A DNA stretch of 64,000 bases from the NCBI GenBank assembly GCA_963747085.1, contig CAVVDX010000001.1, positions 2,242,437 through 2,306,436 on the forward strand, read 5' to 3'. The translations under genes were made by a program, and so were the position numbers. This document shows positions 33,998-43,722 of the stretch, piece after piece. The notes beneath the pieces were generated by a model. The model saw nothing but the letters and a program-made list of their open reading frames with translations. It did no database searches and had not been told where the DNA came from. The stretch is from an uncultured Actinomycetota bacterium. Lineage in GTDB: Bacteria; Actinomycetota; Acidimicrobiia; Acidimicrobiales; Bog-793. Numbering within the stretch: the stretch's first letter is position 1; every line of letters starts with the position of its first letter.

Positions 33998-34062
33998 GCC
34001 GCTCCCTCGCGGATGGCGCGAGGCCCCTTCGCCGGGGTTGTCAGCGGGACACCCTCGTTCCG

Positions 34063-34686
34063 TCATCGGGGCGTCAGACGGACCAGGTCGGCTAGCCACG
34101 CTTCGGCCGTAGCGGTGCCGGGGCCCGGGTTGATGTCAAAGCGGTCGCGAATGAGCGAGTCGACGCGCCAGCCGGAGCTGAACGCAGCGCGCAGCTCGAG
34201 CTCGGTGATCCTGCGGGGGCCCCAGTCGCCCGGCTCGTCATCGCTGAAGCACATGAGGTGGAGGTGGCCGTTCGGACGAAGGACGGCGTGCAAGGCGGTG
34301 ACGTACCGGGTGCGGGCGTCGTCGTCGAAGACGTGGAACAGCCCACTGTCGACGATCGTGTCGAACGACAGGCCGAGCGTGTCGAGCCGTCGCGCGTCGA
34401 GCACCCGGAAGCTGGTCTCGACGCCGCGCTCGGAGGCTTTGCGGCGGGCGATCTCGATCGCGCGCGGCGAGACGTCGATACCGAGCGCCTCGGCGCCGCG
34501 ACGCGCAGCAAGCATCGCGTGCTCGCCGGTCCCGCAGCCTGCGTCGAGGAGTGCGCCGGTCAGCGCGCCCGCGTCCGCGAGGCGGAGGAAGGCGGGCTGT
34601 GGGCGACCTATGTCCCAAGGCGGCGACGCGCCGATGTAGGAGTCGTCCCAAATTCTGGGTGGGGTCGGGCGCACCCACGTGCTCAT
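34063..34686 (-). CDS. class I SAM-dependent methyltransferase
   Basis: Motif I LLDAGCGTGEHA, then DTIVDSGLFHV. ATG at 34686 (M43 of the track ORF). Confidence 0.8.
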   Translation of the reverse strand: MSTWVRPTPPRIWDDSYIGASPPWDIGRPQPAFLRLADAGALTGALLDAGCGTGEHAMLAARRGAEALGIDVSPRAIEIARRKASERGVETSFRVLDARRLDTLGLSFDTIVDSGLFHVFDDDARTRYVTALHAVLRPNGHLHLMCFSDDEPGDWGPRRITELELRAAFSSGWRVDSLIRDRFDINPGPGTATAEAWLADLVRLTPR

Positions 34687-34711
34687 CCGCCTGTCGGTGC
34701 AGACCGGCTCG

Positions 34712-36157
34712 TCAGTAGCGGTACTGCTCGGTCTTGTACGGCCCCTCGACGGGCACGCCGAGATAGGCGGCCTGCTGCTCGGTGAGGGTGGTGAGGTGGA
34801 CGCCGAGCGCATCGAGATGCAGCCGGGCGACCCGCTCGTCGAGCAGCTTGGGCAGGGTGTACACCCCGACGGGGTACTCGCCGGCCCCGGTGAACAGCTC
34901 CACCTGGGCGAGCACCTGGTTGGAGAACGAGCACGACATGACGAAGCTCGGGTGCCCGGTGGCGCAGCCGAGGTTCACGAGCCGCCCCTCTGCCAGCACG
35001 ATCACGGAATGCCCGTCGGGGAAGGTCCACAGGTCGACCTGCGGCTTGACCTCGGTGCGCACGATGCCGGGCGCGGCGGCAAGTCCGGCCATGTCGATCT
35101 CGTTGTCGAAATGCCCGATGTTGCAGACGATGGCGTTGTTCTTCATCGCCGCCATGTGCCCGACGCCGATCACGTCGCGGTCGCCCGTCGCCGTGACGAA
35201 GATGTCGGCGCTGGCCACGACGTCCTCGAGGCGGACGACCTGCAGCCCCTCCATCGCCGCCTGCAGGGCGATGATCGGGTCGACCTCGGTCACCACGACG
35301 CGCGCCCCCTGGCCGCGCAACGACGCCACGCAACCCTTGCCGACGTCGCCGTAGCCGCACACGACGGCGAGCTTGCCGCCGATCATCACGTCCGTCGCCC
35401 GGGAGATGCCGTCGACGAGGGAGTGGCGGCATCCGTAGAGGTTGTCGAACTTGGACTTGGTGACCGAGTCGTTGACGTTCATCGCCGGCCAGAGCAGCTC
35501 GCCGCGCTCGAGCATCTGCTGCAGGCGGTGCACGCCGGTCGTGGTCTCCTCGGTGACGCCGCGCACCTGCTGGGCGACGTTGGTCCACTTGGTCGGGTCG
35601 GCCGCGAGGCTGGCCTGCAGCAGGCGCAACACGACCGCGTACTCCGCCGAGTCGGCCGCCCCCGGATCGGGCACCTCGCCGGCCTTCTCGAACTCGAGGC
35701 CCTTGTGCACGAGCATGGTCGCGTCGCCGCCGTCGTCGAGGATCATGTTCGGCCCCTCGCCGGCCGGCCAGCTGAGCGCCCGCTCGGTGCATCGCCAGTA
35801 CTCCTCGAGGGTCTCGCCCTTCCAGGCGAACACCGGTACGCCTCGGGGCTCCCCCACGCTGCCGTCCGGGCCGACGGCGACGGCCGCGGCCGCCTCGTCC
35901 TGGGTGGAGAAGATGTTGCAGGATGCCCAGCGCACCTCTGCGCCGAGCGCGAGGAGCGTCTCGATCAGCACGGCCGTCTGGATCGTCATGTGCAGCGAGC
36001 CGGTGACCCGCGCCCCGGCGAGGGGCTGCTCGGCGGCAAGGTCGCGGCGCAACGCCATCAGCCCGGGCATCTCGTGCTCGGCGAGACGGATCTCGCGCCG
36101 GCCGAGCTCGGCCAGAGCGATGTCCTTCACCTCGAACTCGGTGTTGAGCGGGCGCAT
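34712..36157 (-). CDS. ahcY: adenosylhomocysteinase
   Basis: Intact 481 aa. [33 protein letters not shown]-terminal [12 protein letters not shown] preceded by AAGGAGG. Confidence 0.95.
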   Translation of the reverse strand: MRPLNTEFEVKDIALAELGRREIRLAEHEMPGLMALRRDLAAEQPLAGARVTGSLHMTIQTAVLIETLLALGAEVRWASCNIFSTQDEAAAAVAVGPDGSVGEPRGVPVFAWKGETLEEYWRCTERALSWPAGEGPNMILDDGGDATMLVHKGLEFEKAGEVPDPGAADSAEYAVVLRLLQASLAADPTKWTNVAQQVRGVTEETTTGVHRLQQMLERGELLWPAMNVNDSVTKSKFDNLYGCRHSLVDGISRATDVMIGGKLAVVCGYGDVGKGCVASLRGQGARVVVTEVDPIIALQAAMEGLQVVRLEDVVASADIFVTATGDRDVIGVGHMAAMKNNAIVCNIGHFDNEIDMAGLAAAPGIVRTEVKPQVDLWTFPDGHSVIVLAEGRLVNLGCATGHPSFVMSCSFSNQVLAQVELFTGAGEYPVGVYTLPKLLDERVARLHLDALGVHLTTLTEQQAAYLGVPVEGPYKTEQYRY

Positions 36158-36297
36158 TCGCAGCCTCCTTGGCGTCGGAGGCCAATTTAGTGGCGATGCG
36201 ACGAAGCCTGCGTGTCGAGGCGTTCGAGCACCAGGCACCGTGCCGGCGGGGCCCGCCGAGCACACGCCCGCCGCGCCCGCCGCGGCCGCGGTGGTCC

Positions 36298-37728
36298 CTA
36301 CGACTCCGTCGTCGTCGCCTTCTCGGAGCCTTGCTCGAGCCAGTGCCCGAGCAACGCCGGGATGGGCTGAGCCGCATCGAGCGCGCCGTTGCCGTTCCCG
36401 TTGGCGCTCCCGTTCCCGTTCTCGTTCCCGTTCCCGCTCGTGCCGTGATGGCCGTCGTCCGGGCCGCCACGCCCCGGACCGCCGTGCCCCGGGCCGCCTG
36501 GCCGAGGGCCGCCTCGCCACGGGCCGCCTCGCCCGAGGCGGCCGCCGGAGAGGACAACCGAGTCGGCGTCTTCATGTTCGCCGTGGCGCCGCCGGCGGAG
36601 CAGGATGAACGCGACGGTCGCCCCGAGGAGGAGCAACGCGGCAGCTAGCGCGACGAGCAGCACGACGATCCAGCGTGGGACGGTCGGCTCCGTGATGATG
36701 GTCGTCGCCGTCCCGGGCCACGGCGGGGGGGTATCCGACGAGGACGGGAAGTTGATCGTCCCTTGCCAGTTCGCGGCACGCCCCGGGCCGTAGGGCAGGT
36801 CGACGCTCACCTGGTGAGGCCCCGGCGGGAGCTGCCCCACGGGCACGTCGATGCTCGCATTGCTGCCCGGCAGGACGGTCGCGGCACGCAGCGCGACCGT
36901 CGTCGTTCCCGAGTGCAGCGTCAGCCGGAGATGCCCCCTCGGGTGGATCCAGGTGTTGCCGGTGTTGGCAACGACGACCTGCAAGCTCGGCGGCACCGTG
37001 GCGGTGGAGAGCAGGACCTGCGGCACGCTCAGCCTGGGGACGAGCGATCCGGGGATCGTGATCGCGACGCCGATCGCCACGCGGGCTACGACCGCCGCGC
37101 TGACGACGCCCTGCTGGTTGCCTGCGCTGCGCAATTTGGCCGGAGGCGGTGGCGACGCCGGCTCTGCGATGACACCGGCGAGGTATTGGCCGCTCGCCGC
37201 GTTGCGCGGCACGCTGATTGGGAAGGCGACGTTCTCACGACCGCGGGGCGGGAGGATCAGCGTCTCGGGGAGGCCGCCGAGCCAGCAGCTCGCACCGCGG
37301 CAGGCTGCGTGCTGCACCGGGACGTAGCTGTCACCGCCGTTCACTGCCGTGGCGCCGTAAGCGGGAACAAGGGTCACGCGGCAGGGGTAGGGCTGCGGGT
37401 TCGCTACGACGAGCGCCTCGGTGGTCACCGAGGAGCGCCTCAATCGCAAGTCGAAGTAGCTGCTCGCCGGGCTGCCCGGCGTCACGAACGGTCCGATGTG
37501 GACCACCTGGCAGCCACTCTGCCCGGCGGCGACGACCGAGCCGCCGGCGTTCGGGCCCTGGTCGGCAAGGGTGACCTGGTCGGCAACGGTGCCCTGGTCG
37601 GCAACTGTGATGGTGCGTGCCGTGGCACGCACGCTGGCGGCCGCGCCGCCGACAGCGCCGCCGCAGAGCACGGCGACCTGCACGAGGGCGACGAGGATGG
37701 CGGCCGCCGCCAGCCGGACGCGCCGCAC
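36298..37728 (-). CDS. cell-surface protein resembling DUF916/DUF3324 (WxL-interacting) proteins; signal peptide, C-terminal TM and low-complexity cytoplasmic tail
   Basis: GTG 37728 gives [32 protein letters not shown]...ALVVANP and [11 protein letters not shown] resemble the DUF916 core. [27 protein letters not shown] followed by RRRR, then a GGP/GNG repeat tail. Confidence 0.55.
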   Translation of the reverse strand: MRRVRLAAAAILVALVQVAVLCGGAVGGAAASVRATARTITVADQGTVADQVTLADQGPNAGGSVVAAGQSGCQVVHIGPFVTPGSPASSYFDLRLRRSSVTTEALVVANPQPYPCRVTLVPAYGATAVNGGDSYVPVQHAACRGASCWLGGLPETLILPPRGRENVAFPISVPRNAASGQYLAGVIAEPASPPPPAKLRSAGNQQGVVSAAVVARVAIGVAITIPGSLVPRLSVPQVLLSTATVPPSLQVVVANTGNTWIHPRGHLRLTLHSGTTTVALRAATVLPGSNASIDVPVGQLPPGPHQVSVDLPYGPGRAANWQGTINFPSSSDTPPPWPGTATTIITEPTVPRWIVVLLVALAAALLLLGATVAFILLRRRRHGEHEDADSVVLSGGRLGRGGPWRGGPRPGGPGHGGPGRGGPDDGHHGTSGNGNENGNGSANGNGNGALDAAQPIPALLGHWLEQGSEKATTTES

Positions 37729-37799
37729 CCGCTCGGCGGACCATGCGGTCCGTCCGAGCGGGTGGCGGCTGGGGCTCTCGGGATGGCCGAAGGGAGCCG

Positions 37800-38615
37800 T
37801 CACGGACCAGTCGTGACCGTGAGGTTGATCACGGTGCTGCTGTAGGTGTTCGCCGCCACGTTGGCCGGGATGCCGACGTTGTAGAAGTCGTCCGGCGAGG
37901 TGCCCGTGCACCCGGTGGCGGTGGCAGTACCCGTCCCGAAGCAGATCGCCCCGAGCCCGGTGGTCGCCTTGGCCGAGTACAGGTCGACCTGGCTCGTCGC
38001 GCTGGTCCCGGCGGCCACGTTGACGGGGTACGTCGGGCAGGTGGTGAAGCCGAGTCCGGCATGGCTGCACGTCGTGGCCGTCGAGGCGTTGGTGCAGGTG
38101 CTCGAGTAGTCACACACCGTCGTCGGAACCGTGCTCGAGAAGGGGTCGGTGCCGATCGGGTTGTTCTGCGAGTGGCCGAGCGTCGCTGACCCCGTGCCGT
38201 CGAAGTGCAGCGCGGCGCCGGTCGGCAGGCTGCCGGTCAGGTACTCGCTCAGCGCCCAGCCGGAGCCCGAGCCGCTGGCGTCGATGACCTCGAGATCTGG
38301 GTTCGTGCCGCTGGAGCAGCTCGTGCCGCTCGAGGAGCCGCTGCACCCGGTGAGAGCGGTCGCCGACGCGCTCGCCCACTGGTCGTAGCCGTTCAGCACG
38401 AAGCTCCAGTACAGGTTCGGCGAACTCTCGAGGCTGAGCGTGCCACCCGTCACGACCACGCTCGTGCTGATCGTGCAGCTGGCGTTCCCGCTGCTCGTCG
38501 AGCAGGCCGCCGCAGAGGCCTGCCCGAAGGGGCCGGCGAGCGCGATCGCCGGCACGCTCAACGCGATCACCAGCCCCGCCCCCCCGATCAGCTTCGCCAA
38601 TCGGCTCTTCAACAT
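37800..38615 (-). CDS. secreted Ser/Thr/Gly/Cys-rich protein resembling a WxL-domain surface protein
   Basis: ATG 38615 after AAGGAGAGG. Signal peptide MLKSRLAKLIGGAGLVIALSVPAIALA. GGTLSLESSPNLYWSF, VIDASGSGSGWALSEY and terminal YSSTVINLTVTTGP parallel the WxL-domain layout. 10 Cys. Confidence 0.5.
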   Translation of the reverse strand: MLKSRLAKLIGGAGLVIALSVPAIALAGPFGQASAAACSTSSGNASCTISTSVVVTGGTLSLESSPNLYWSFVLNGYDQWASASATALTGCSGSSSGTSCSSGTNPDLEVIDASGSGSGWALSEYLTGSLPTGAALHFDGTGSATLGHSQNNPIGTDPFSSTVPTTVCDYSSTCTNASTATTCSHAGLGFTTCPTYPVNVAAGTSATSQVDLYSAKATTGLGAICFGTGTATATGCTGTSPDDFYNVGIPANVAANTYSSTVINLTVTTGP

Positions 38616-39216
38616 TCCGTGCCTCTCCTTGAGCGGCCCCACGTTGGTGGGGGGGTTTCGAGGCGAATCCCGGTTGGGCCCGCCTGTCCTTGCGTAGGAG
38701 CTAGCGACCCGGGGGGCGAAGAAATTGAGCGCACCGTGCCGACAGATCGAATGAGAGGGCCGGCGAGCAGGCGTCGAACGCGCTGCGTGTCGTGGCGACG
38801 GGGTCACCTAAAGTGGCTGCGAGCAGCGAATCTGCGTGCGGCGATGTCCCCGGGCTGGTCGAAGCGCGCCGGATTCGCGCGCAGCGCTGCCCGCCCGACA
38901 CGTCAGGCCAGGTCGAAATGGGCCGTTCGGCCAGTCCACGGCGCGCAACCGCGTCATGCCCTGCCGCCAGGGCGCTCCACTCCGGCCACTCACCGTGATC
39001 CATGGCCGAGCACCAACGGACCGCGCAGCGTGTTCGGCGCCCGGCGGCGAGGCCTCGCGGTGTCGCCCGAGCCGACCCGAGCGTCGTCGCCGGCGAAGCC
39101 CGCCGGCGCCCGCCGATCAGATCGACGACGTGGTCATCTGCTGCGGACCCACACGGTGAGCACGCTGGGCTCGAGCGTGCGGTTGATCGCCGCCGCGAGG
39201 CCGCGAGGCGACGTCG

Positions 39217-39258
39217 GCCATCACGGTCGCACCGTAGGCCATCACGGTCGCACCGTAG
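39217..39258. repeat. exact 21-bp tandem duplication (GCCATCACGGTCGCACCGTAG x2)
   Basis: Copies at 39217-39237 and 39238-39258, inside the unassigned stretch downstream of tRNA-Ser. Confidence 0.9.
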
Positions 39259-39340
39259 GGCTGTGGCGTTCCGCGATCGTTACGGTCGAGAGCCAGAGCC
39301 CTACTTCGGGATTCACGCGTGCTCGTCCCCGACGCCGAGC

Positions 39341-39365
39341 GCAGGCAGCTGCACCAGCTGCCTGC
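39341..39365 (-). terminator. hairpin (11-bp perfect stem, 3-nt loop) downstream of tRNA-Ser(CGA)
   Basis: GCAGGCAGCTG-CAC-CAGCTGCCTGC, 45 nt beyond the tRNA 3' end. No U-tract. Confidence 0.3.
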
Positions 39366-39409
39366 CGAGCTCGTGGCGCAGACGTCCCGTCGCTTCTTCA
39401 CATCGAGCG

Positions 39410-39495
39410 CGGAGGGAGTGGGATTCGAACCCACGGTACGCAGGACGCACAACGGTTTTCGAGACCGCCCGATTCGGCCGCTCTCGCATCCCTCC
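39410..39495 (-). tRNA. tRNA-Ser (anticodon CGA)
   Basis: Reverse complement folds as a class II tRNA. Acceptor GGAGGGA/TCCCTCC, anticodon stem GCGGT/ACCGT with loop CTCGAAA, long variable arm, T-arm GTGGG-TTCGAAT-CCCAC. No encoded CCA. Confidence 0.9.
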
Positions 39496-39505
39496 GGGCG
39501 ACAGA

Positions 39506-40021
39506 CTACTGGACCCCTTCGCGGCGGTTGGCGAAGAACGACCGCAGCAGCTCGCCGCAGTCGTCCTCGAGCACCGAGGGGACGACCTCGAGCTCGTGGT
39601 TCAGGCGCGGGTCGGCGCAGAGGTTGTACAGCGACCCGCAGCTGCCGGCCTTCGGGTCCGCAGCGCCGAACACGACCCGTGCGACGCGAGCGGCGACGAG
39701 CGCACCGGCACACATCGGGCAGGGCTCGAGGGTCACCACCACCGAGCAGCCGTCCAGCCGCCACGTCTGCAGCGCCGCCGCGGCGTCGCGCATCGCCAGC
39801 AGCTCGGCGTGCGCGGTGGGGTCAGTGGCGCCCTCGCGTTCGTTGTGCCGCCGAGCCAGCACCTGCGAGCCGCGCACGACAACGGCACCGACGGGGACCT
39901 CGCCGGCCAGCGCAGCGGCGCGCCCCTCGTCCAGGGCCAGGCGCATCGCTGTCTCGTCGTCGAGGGCCCCCTCGGGCGTGTCGAGCGCGCCGGCCTCCAG
40001 CGCCACGATGTTCCTGCTCAC
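39506..40021 (-). CDS. tadA: tRNA adenosine(34) deaminase
   Basis: CDA motifs HAELLAMRDA and TLEPCPMCAGAL. GTG 40021; an ATG alternative lies further in. Confidence 0.85.
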   Translation of the reverse strand: MSRNIVALEAGALDTPEGALDDETAMRLALDEGRAAALAGEVPVGAVVVRGSQVLARRHNEREGATDPTAHAELLAMRDAAAALQTWRLDGCSVVVTLEPCPMCAGALVAARVARVVFGAADPKAGSCGSLYNLCADPRLNHELEVVPSVLEDDCGELLRSFFANRREGVQ

Positions 40022-40089
40022 GGGCGGATGATATCGGGGAGCCGCGGCTCTTCGAAGACAGCCGAGGCGCCCCGGCGGCGGGCGGAGCG

Positions 40090-40174
40090 CGGAGGAGGTG
40101 GGATTCGAACCCACGGTCCCTTGCAGGACACACGATTTCCAATCGTGCCGATTCGGCCGCTCTCGCACTCCTCC
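40090..40174 (-). tRNA. tRNA-Ser (anticodon GGA)
   Basis: Acceptor GGAGGAG/CTCCTCC, anticodon stem CACGA/TCGTG with loop TTGGAAA, long variable arm, T-arm GTGGG-TTCGAAT-CCCAC. Confidence 0.9.
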
Positions 40175-40334
40175 GGGTGGCGACGCCCGGGTCCGGCGGC
40201 CGAGCGATCGGGTTCCGCCGGCGCCGGGCTGCGCGGCAGGTCCGTCACGCTATCCTCTCGGGGCCGGGTGGCGTCCGGTCGGCCTCGGGCCACCGTTGCG
40301 CTATCCGGGGCCGCAGCTCGCGCTGCGCCCTCGC

Positions 40335-40444
40335 GCGCAGCGGCCGGGTTCTGCGCAACGGAGCACCGTGAACCGAGTCAGGGCCGGAAGGCAGCAGCTC
40401 TCAGCGGATCGCTTCGTGTGCCGCAGGCGACCTGGCCGCTGCGC
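40335..40444 (+). ncRNA. ffs: signal recognition particle RNA (small bacterial 4.5S type)
   Basis: Domain IV core GTCAGGGCCGGAAGGCAGCAGC (compare E. coli GUCAGGUCCGGAAGGAAGCAGC). Long closing helix pairs 40335-40355 with 40422-44. Conserved position just upstream of dnaX. Confidence 0.7.
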
Positions 40445-40500
40445 CCGGGGGCGCGGCGACGGCCCGCCGGTTCGAGCGGGCCTCGGCCTACCATCGGAGC

Positions 40501-42508
40501 GTGCCCGATTCGCCCTCAACGCCTCCGGAGGAAACGCCTCCGTCGAGCGACGCCTTCCAGGCGCTCTACCGGCGTTATCGCCCCCAGACCTTCGCCGAGC
40601 TGCGCGGGCAGGAGCACGTCGGCCGAGCCCTGCGCAACGCGGTGCGCCACGGGCGTGTCGCTCACGCCTACCTCTTCAGCGGGCCGCGCGGCACGGGCAA
40701 GACCTCCTCGGCCCGCATCCTCGCCAAGGCGCTGAACTGCGCCGACCCCGTCGACGGCGAGCCGTGCGGGGTCTGCGACTCGTGCCGCTCGATCGCAGCG
40801 GGCACGTCCTTCGACGTCCACGAGCTCGACGCCGCCTCGAGCAACGGGGTCGACGCGATGCGGGACCTGGTCGGAAGGGCGGCGCTCGCCACCCCCGGTC
40901 GCTGGAAGGTCTACATCGTCGACGAGGTGCACATGCTCTCGACGGCGGCATCGAACGCCCTCCTCAAGACCCTCGAGGAGCCACCCGCGCACGTGGTGTT
41001 CGTGCTCGCCACCACCGAGCCGCAGAAGGTGCTGCCGACGATCCGCAGCCGTACGCAGCACTACGAGTTCCATCTGCTCAGTGACGAGGTCATCGACGAG
41101 CTGCTCACCGACGTGGCGGGCCGCGCCGGGCTCGATCTGCCCGACGGCGCGATCGACCTCGTCACCCGGCGCGCCAGGGGCTCGGCGCGCGACGCGCTGT
41201 CGGCGCTGGACCAGGTCGCGGCCGCGGGCGTGCTCGACGACGACACCGATGCCCTCTCGGGCGTCGTGGTGGCGATCTCGGCGCACGACGCCGCGTCGGC
41301 GCTCGCCGCGCTCGATGACGCGGTGCACGCCGGGCGCGACCCCGAGCAGGTCGCCGTCGAGCTCGTCGAGCGGCTCCGTTCGGGCTTCCTCGAGCTGGTC
41401 TCGCCGGGTCGCGCCGCCGGCCGTCAAGCGGGGCACCCCGGAGCTGCTGCCGAGCGAGCAGAGGCGGAAGCCCTCGGGCTGGCCCGCTGCGTCCGGACGA
41501 TGGAGCTGCTGGGCGCCGCACTGGTTGCGATGCGTGACGCTCCTGACCCGCGGATCACCCTCGAGCTGGCGCTGATCCGCTGCACCCACCCGCAAGCCGA
41601 CGAATCGCAGGCCGCCCTTCTCCAGCGGCTGGAGCAGCTCGAGCGCCGGGTCGAAGAGCTCGGCGCCGCTCCGGCGCCCCCGCCGCCTTCGTCGTCCACT
41701 CCTTCGTCGCGCTCGACGCCCACGTCATCGTCGGTCCCCGTACCGCCGACGGCCTCCGAGCGCGCAGCCAGGCCCGCGCTCGGATCCTTCCGCCGGAAGG
41801 AGCCCGCAGCGGATCCGGATGCCGGCCCGCCCCCAGCCGCCGGCGCCTCGGCCGGCTCGGGCGCGCCCGGCGCGCCCGTGGCTGACAGCGCGCCGGCAAA
41901 CGCCACGCCGACCGCTGCCGCCCCGTCGCTCACGACCGCCCCGAGCCGGCCCACCGGCCCGCCGCCCGCGGCTGGCGGCCCGCCCCCCGCCGGTTCGTCG
42001 CCCACCGCCTCGAGCGGTCCCTCGCGTGACGACCTCGTCGCTGCCTGGGGCGACAGCGTGCTGCCCCGGCTCTCGCTCAAGTTCGCGCGCCTATTACGCC
42101 GCGGGTCGCTTCGTCGATGCGCAGGCGGATGCGGAGGGCCGCACCGTCGCGACCTTCGCGGTGCCCAACGCCGCCCACGTCGCCAGGGCTGAGCCGTTGC
42201 GCTCCGACGTCGAGCGGGCGCTGTCCGACCATTTCGGCCGGCCGGTCGCGCTCCGCCTGCACCCCGACGACGATGGACCACCGGCCGCCGGCGCGACCGG
42301 CTCGCGGCCGCGGCCGGCCGCACCGTCTGCGCCGGCTTGGGAGCCCCGCGACGACGATGGCCTCGACGACGCGGACGATTTCGCCGCGCTCACGGATCTC
42401 GCTGACGAGGACCCGTCGCGCCCGGCTACCGGGCCGTTGCCCCCGTCGGGGCTAGCGTGGGCCGAGGGTCGGCTGCTCGAAGCCTTCCCCGGGGCCGAGG
42501 AGGTCTGA
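40501..42508 (+). pseudogene. dnaX: DNA polymerase III gamma/tau subunit, frameshifted as assembled
   Basis: YRRYRPQTFAELRGQEHV, YLFSGPRGTGKTS, Zn module CGVCDSC, and LLKTLEEPP. Pro/Ala/Ser-rich linker. The C-terminal domain continues in the 41819 frame; break near 42092. Confidence 0.9.
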
Positions 42509-42509
42509 G

Positions 42510-43067
42510 ATGACCGGACCCACCGGCGGCGACCCGATGGACGAGCTCATGTCTCAGCTCGCCAACCTGCAGAACGCGTTCGGCTCGGCTGATGCCGATC
42601 GCGGGGCGCTGCCGGTCGCGCAGGTCGTCGGTTCGGCTGGCGGAGGTGCCGTCCGGGTGCACGCCGGCGGCGACCTCGAGTTCACGGCCGTCGAGATCGA
42701 CGCGTCGGTGGTCGACCCGAACGACGTCTCCGTGCTCGAGGACCTCGTGCTCGCCGCCGTGCGTGACGCTGCCGAGCAGCTGCGGCGGTCGGCGGAGGCC
42801 AACCTCGGCGAGATGGTCGGCGGGGCGTTGTCGGGGTTGTCGGGCCTCTTCGGAGCCCTCGGCCAGGGAAACCCCTGGGACGAGGACGACGACGAAGACG
42901 ACGAAGATGACGACGACGAAGACGACGACGGGGCAGACGAGGACGTCGTCGAGGATGCCGCTGGCCTGGAAGCCGGTGGTCCGGGTGCCGACGGTCCCGA
43001 CGCGCAGGCGACGGACGGCGACGCCGGCGTGGGCGGCTCGAGCGCGCCGCCCGCCGGCGGGCGCTGA
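42510..43067 (+). CDS. ybaB: YbaB/EbfC-family nucleoid-associated protein with long acidic tail
   Basis: MDELMSQLANLQ... and VSVLEDLVLAAVRDAAEQ core. Tail DEDDDEDDEDDDDEDDDGADEDVVED. Confidence 0.8.
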   Translation: MTGPTGGDPMDELMSQLANLQNAFGSADADRGALPVAQVVGSAGGGAVRVHAGGDLEFTAVEIDASVVDPNDVSVLEDLVLAAVRDAAEQLRRSAEANLGEMVGGALSGLSGLFGALGQGNPWDEDDDEDDEDDDDEDDDGADEDVVEDAAGLEAGGPGADGPDAQATDGDAGVGGSSAPPAGGR

Positions 43068-43094
43068 CGAGCCGGCAGGGAGACGGAGACTCCG

Positions 43095-43700
43095 CTGCCC
43101 CTCTTCGATGGGCCGATCCAGGACCTGGTCGACGAGCTCGGCCGTCTGCCGGGCATCGGGCCGAAATCCGCCCAACGGATCGCGTTCTACCTCCTCAAGG
43201 TCCCGACCGAGGACGCTCTGCGCTTGGCGCGCACCATCGTCGAGGTGAAGGAGCGCACCAAGCTCTGCTCGAACTGCTTCAACATCGGCATCGACGAGCT
43301 GTGCGCGATCTGTTCCGACCCGCGGCGCGATGCGGCGGCCGTCTGCGTCGTCGAGGACCCCCGTGACATCGTCGCGGTCGAGCGCACCCGCGAGTACTCC
43401 GGGCGCTACCACGTGCTCGGCGGCGCGCTCAATCCCCTCGAAGGCGTCGGGCCCGACCAGCTGCGCATCCGCGAGCTGCTCGCCCGCCTCGAGCGCGACC
43501 AGGTGCGCGAGGTGATCCTGTGCACCAACCCGAACCTCGAGGGCGACACCACGGCGATGTACCTGGCCCGGCTGCTCAAGCCGCTCGGGCTCACGGTGAC
43601 GCGGATCGCGAGCGGCCTGCCCGTCGGCGGAGACCTCGAGTACGCCGACGAGCTCACCCTCGGGCGGGCGCTCGAGGGTCGCCGCGAAGTCGACGCCTGA
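43095..43700 (+). CDS. recR: recombination protein RecR (start apparently non-canonical)
   Basis: Hh[18 protein letters not shown], Cys4 CSNCFNI..CAIC, Toprim VCVVEDPRD, and C-terminal [12 protein letters not shown]. The conserved N-terminus lies upstream of the first ATG/GTG/TTG (43224). CTG 43095 sits 6 nt after GGAG. Confidence 0.8.
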   Translation: MPLFDGPIQDLVDELGRLPGIGPKSAQRIAFYLLKVPTEDALRLARTIVEVKERTKLCSNCFNIGIDELCAICSDPRRDAAAVCVVEDPRDIVAVERTREYSGRYHVLGGALNPLEGVGPDQLRIRELLARLERDQVREVILCTNPNLEGDTTAMYLARLLKPLGLTVTRIASGLPVGGDLEYADELTLGRALEGRREVDA

Positions 43701-43722
43701 CGCCTGAGTAACCTGCGCCGCA

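Noticed and set aside
36158-36300. SAH riboswitch upstream of ahcY
   Set aside because: I could not find the conserved GAGGAGCGCUGC ... CAGGCUCGG ... AACGGCGCUCAC elements or the P1 pairing. Only a weak CAGGCUUCG resemblance and an SD-sequestering hairpin remain.
38701-39003. 100-aa minus-strand ORF (MDHGEWPEWSALAAG...) in the unassigned stretch
   Set aside because: GC3 is only moderate compared with confirmed genes. There is no recognisable motif and no SD. It is kept as part of the unassigned-region finding rather than called as a gene.
36298-39495. Integrated genomic island at tRNA-Ser carrying the surface-protein genes
   Set aside because: There is no integrase or recombinase, no direct repeat of the tRNA 3' end, and the two genes have native-like codon usage. 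Only the adjacent spacer looks compositionally different.
42510-43700. YbaB-RecR fusion by TGA read-through, since both are in the same frame and 9 codons apart
   Set aside because: The two are separate proteins in all bacteria I know of. A GGAG plus CTG start explains the data more simply.
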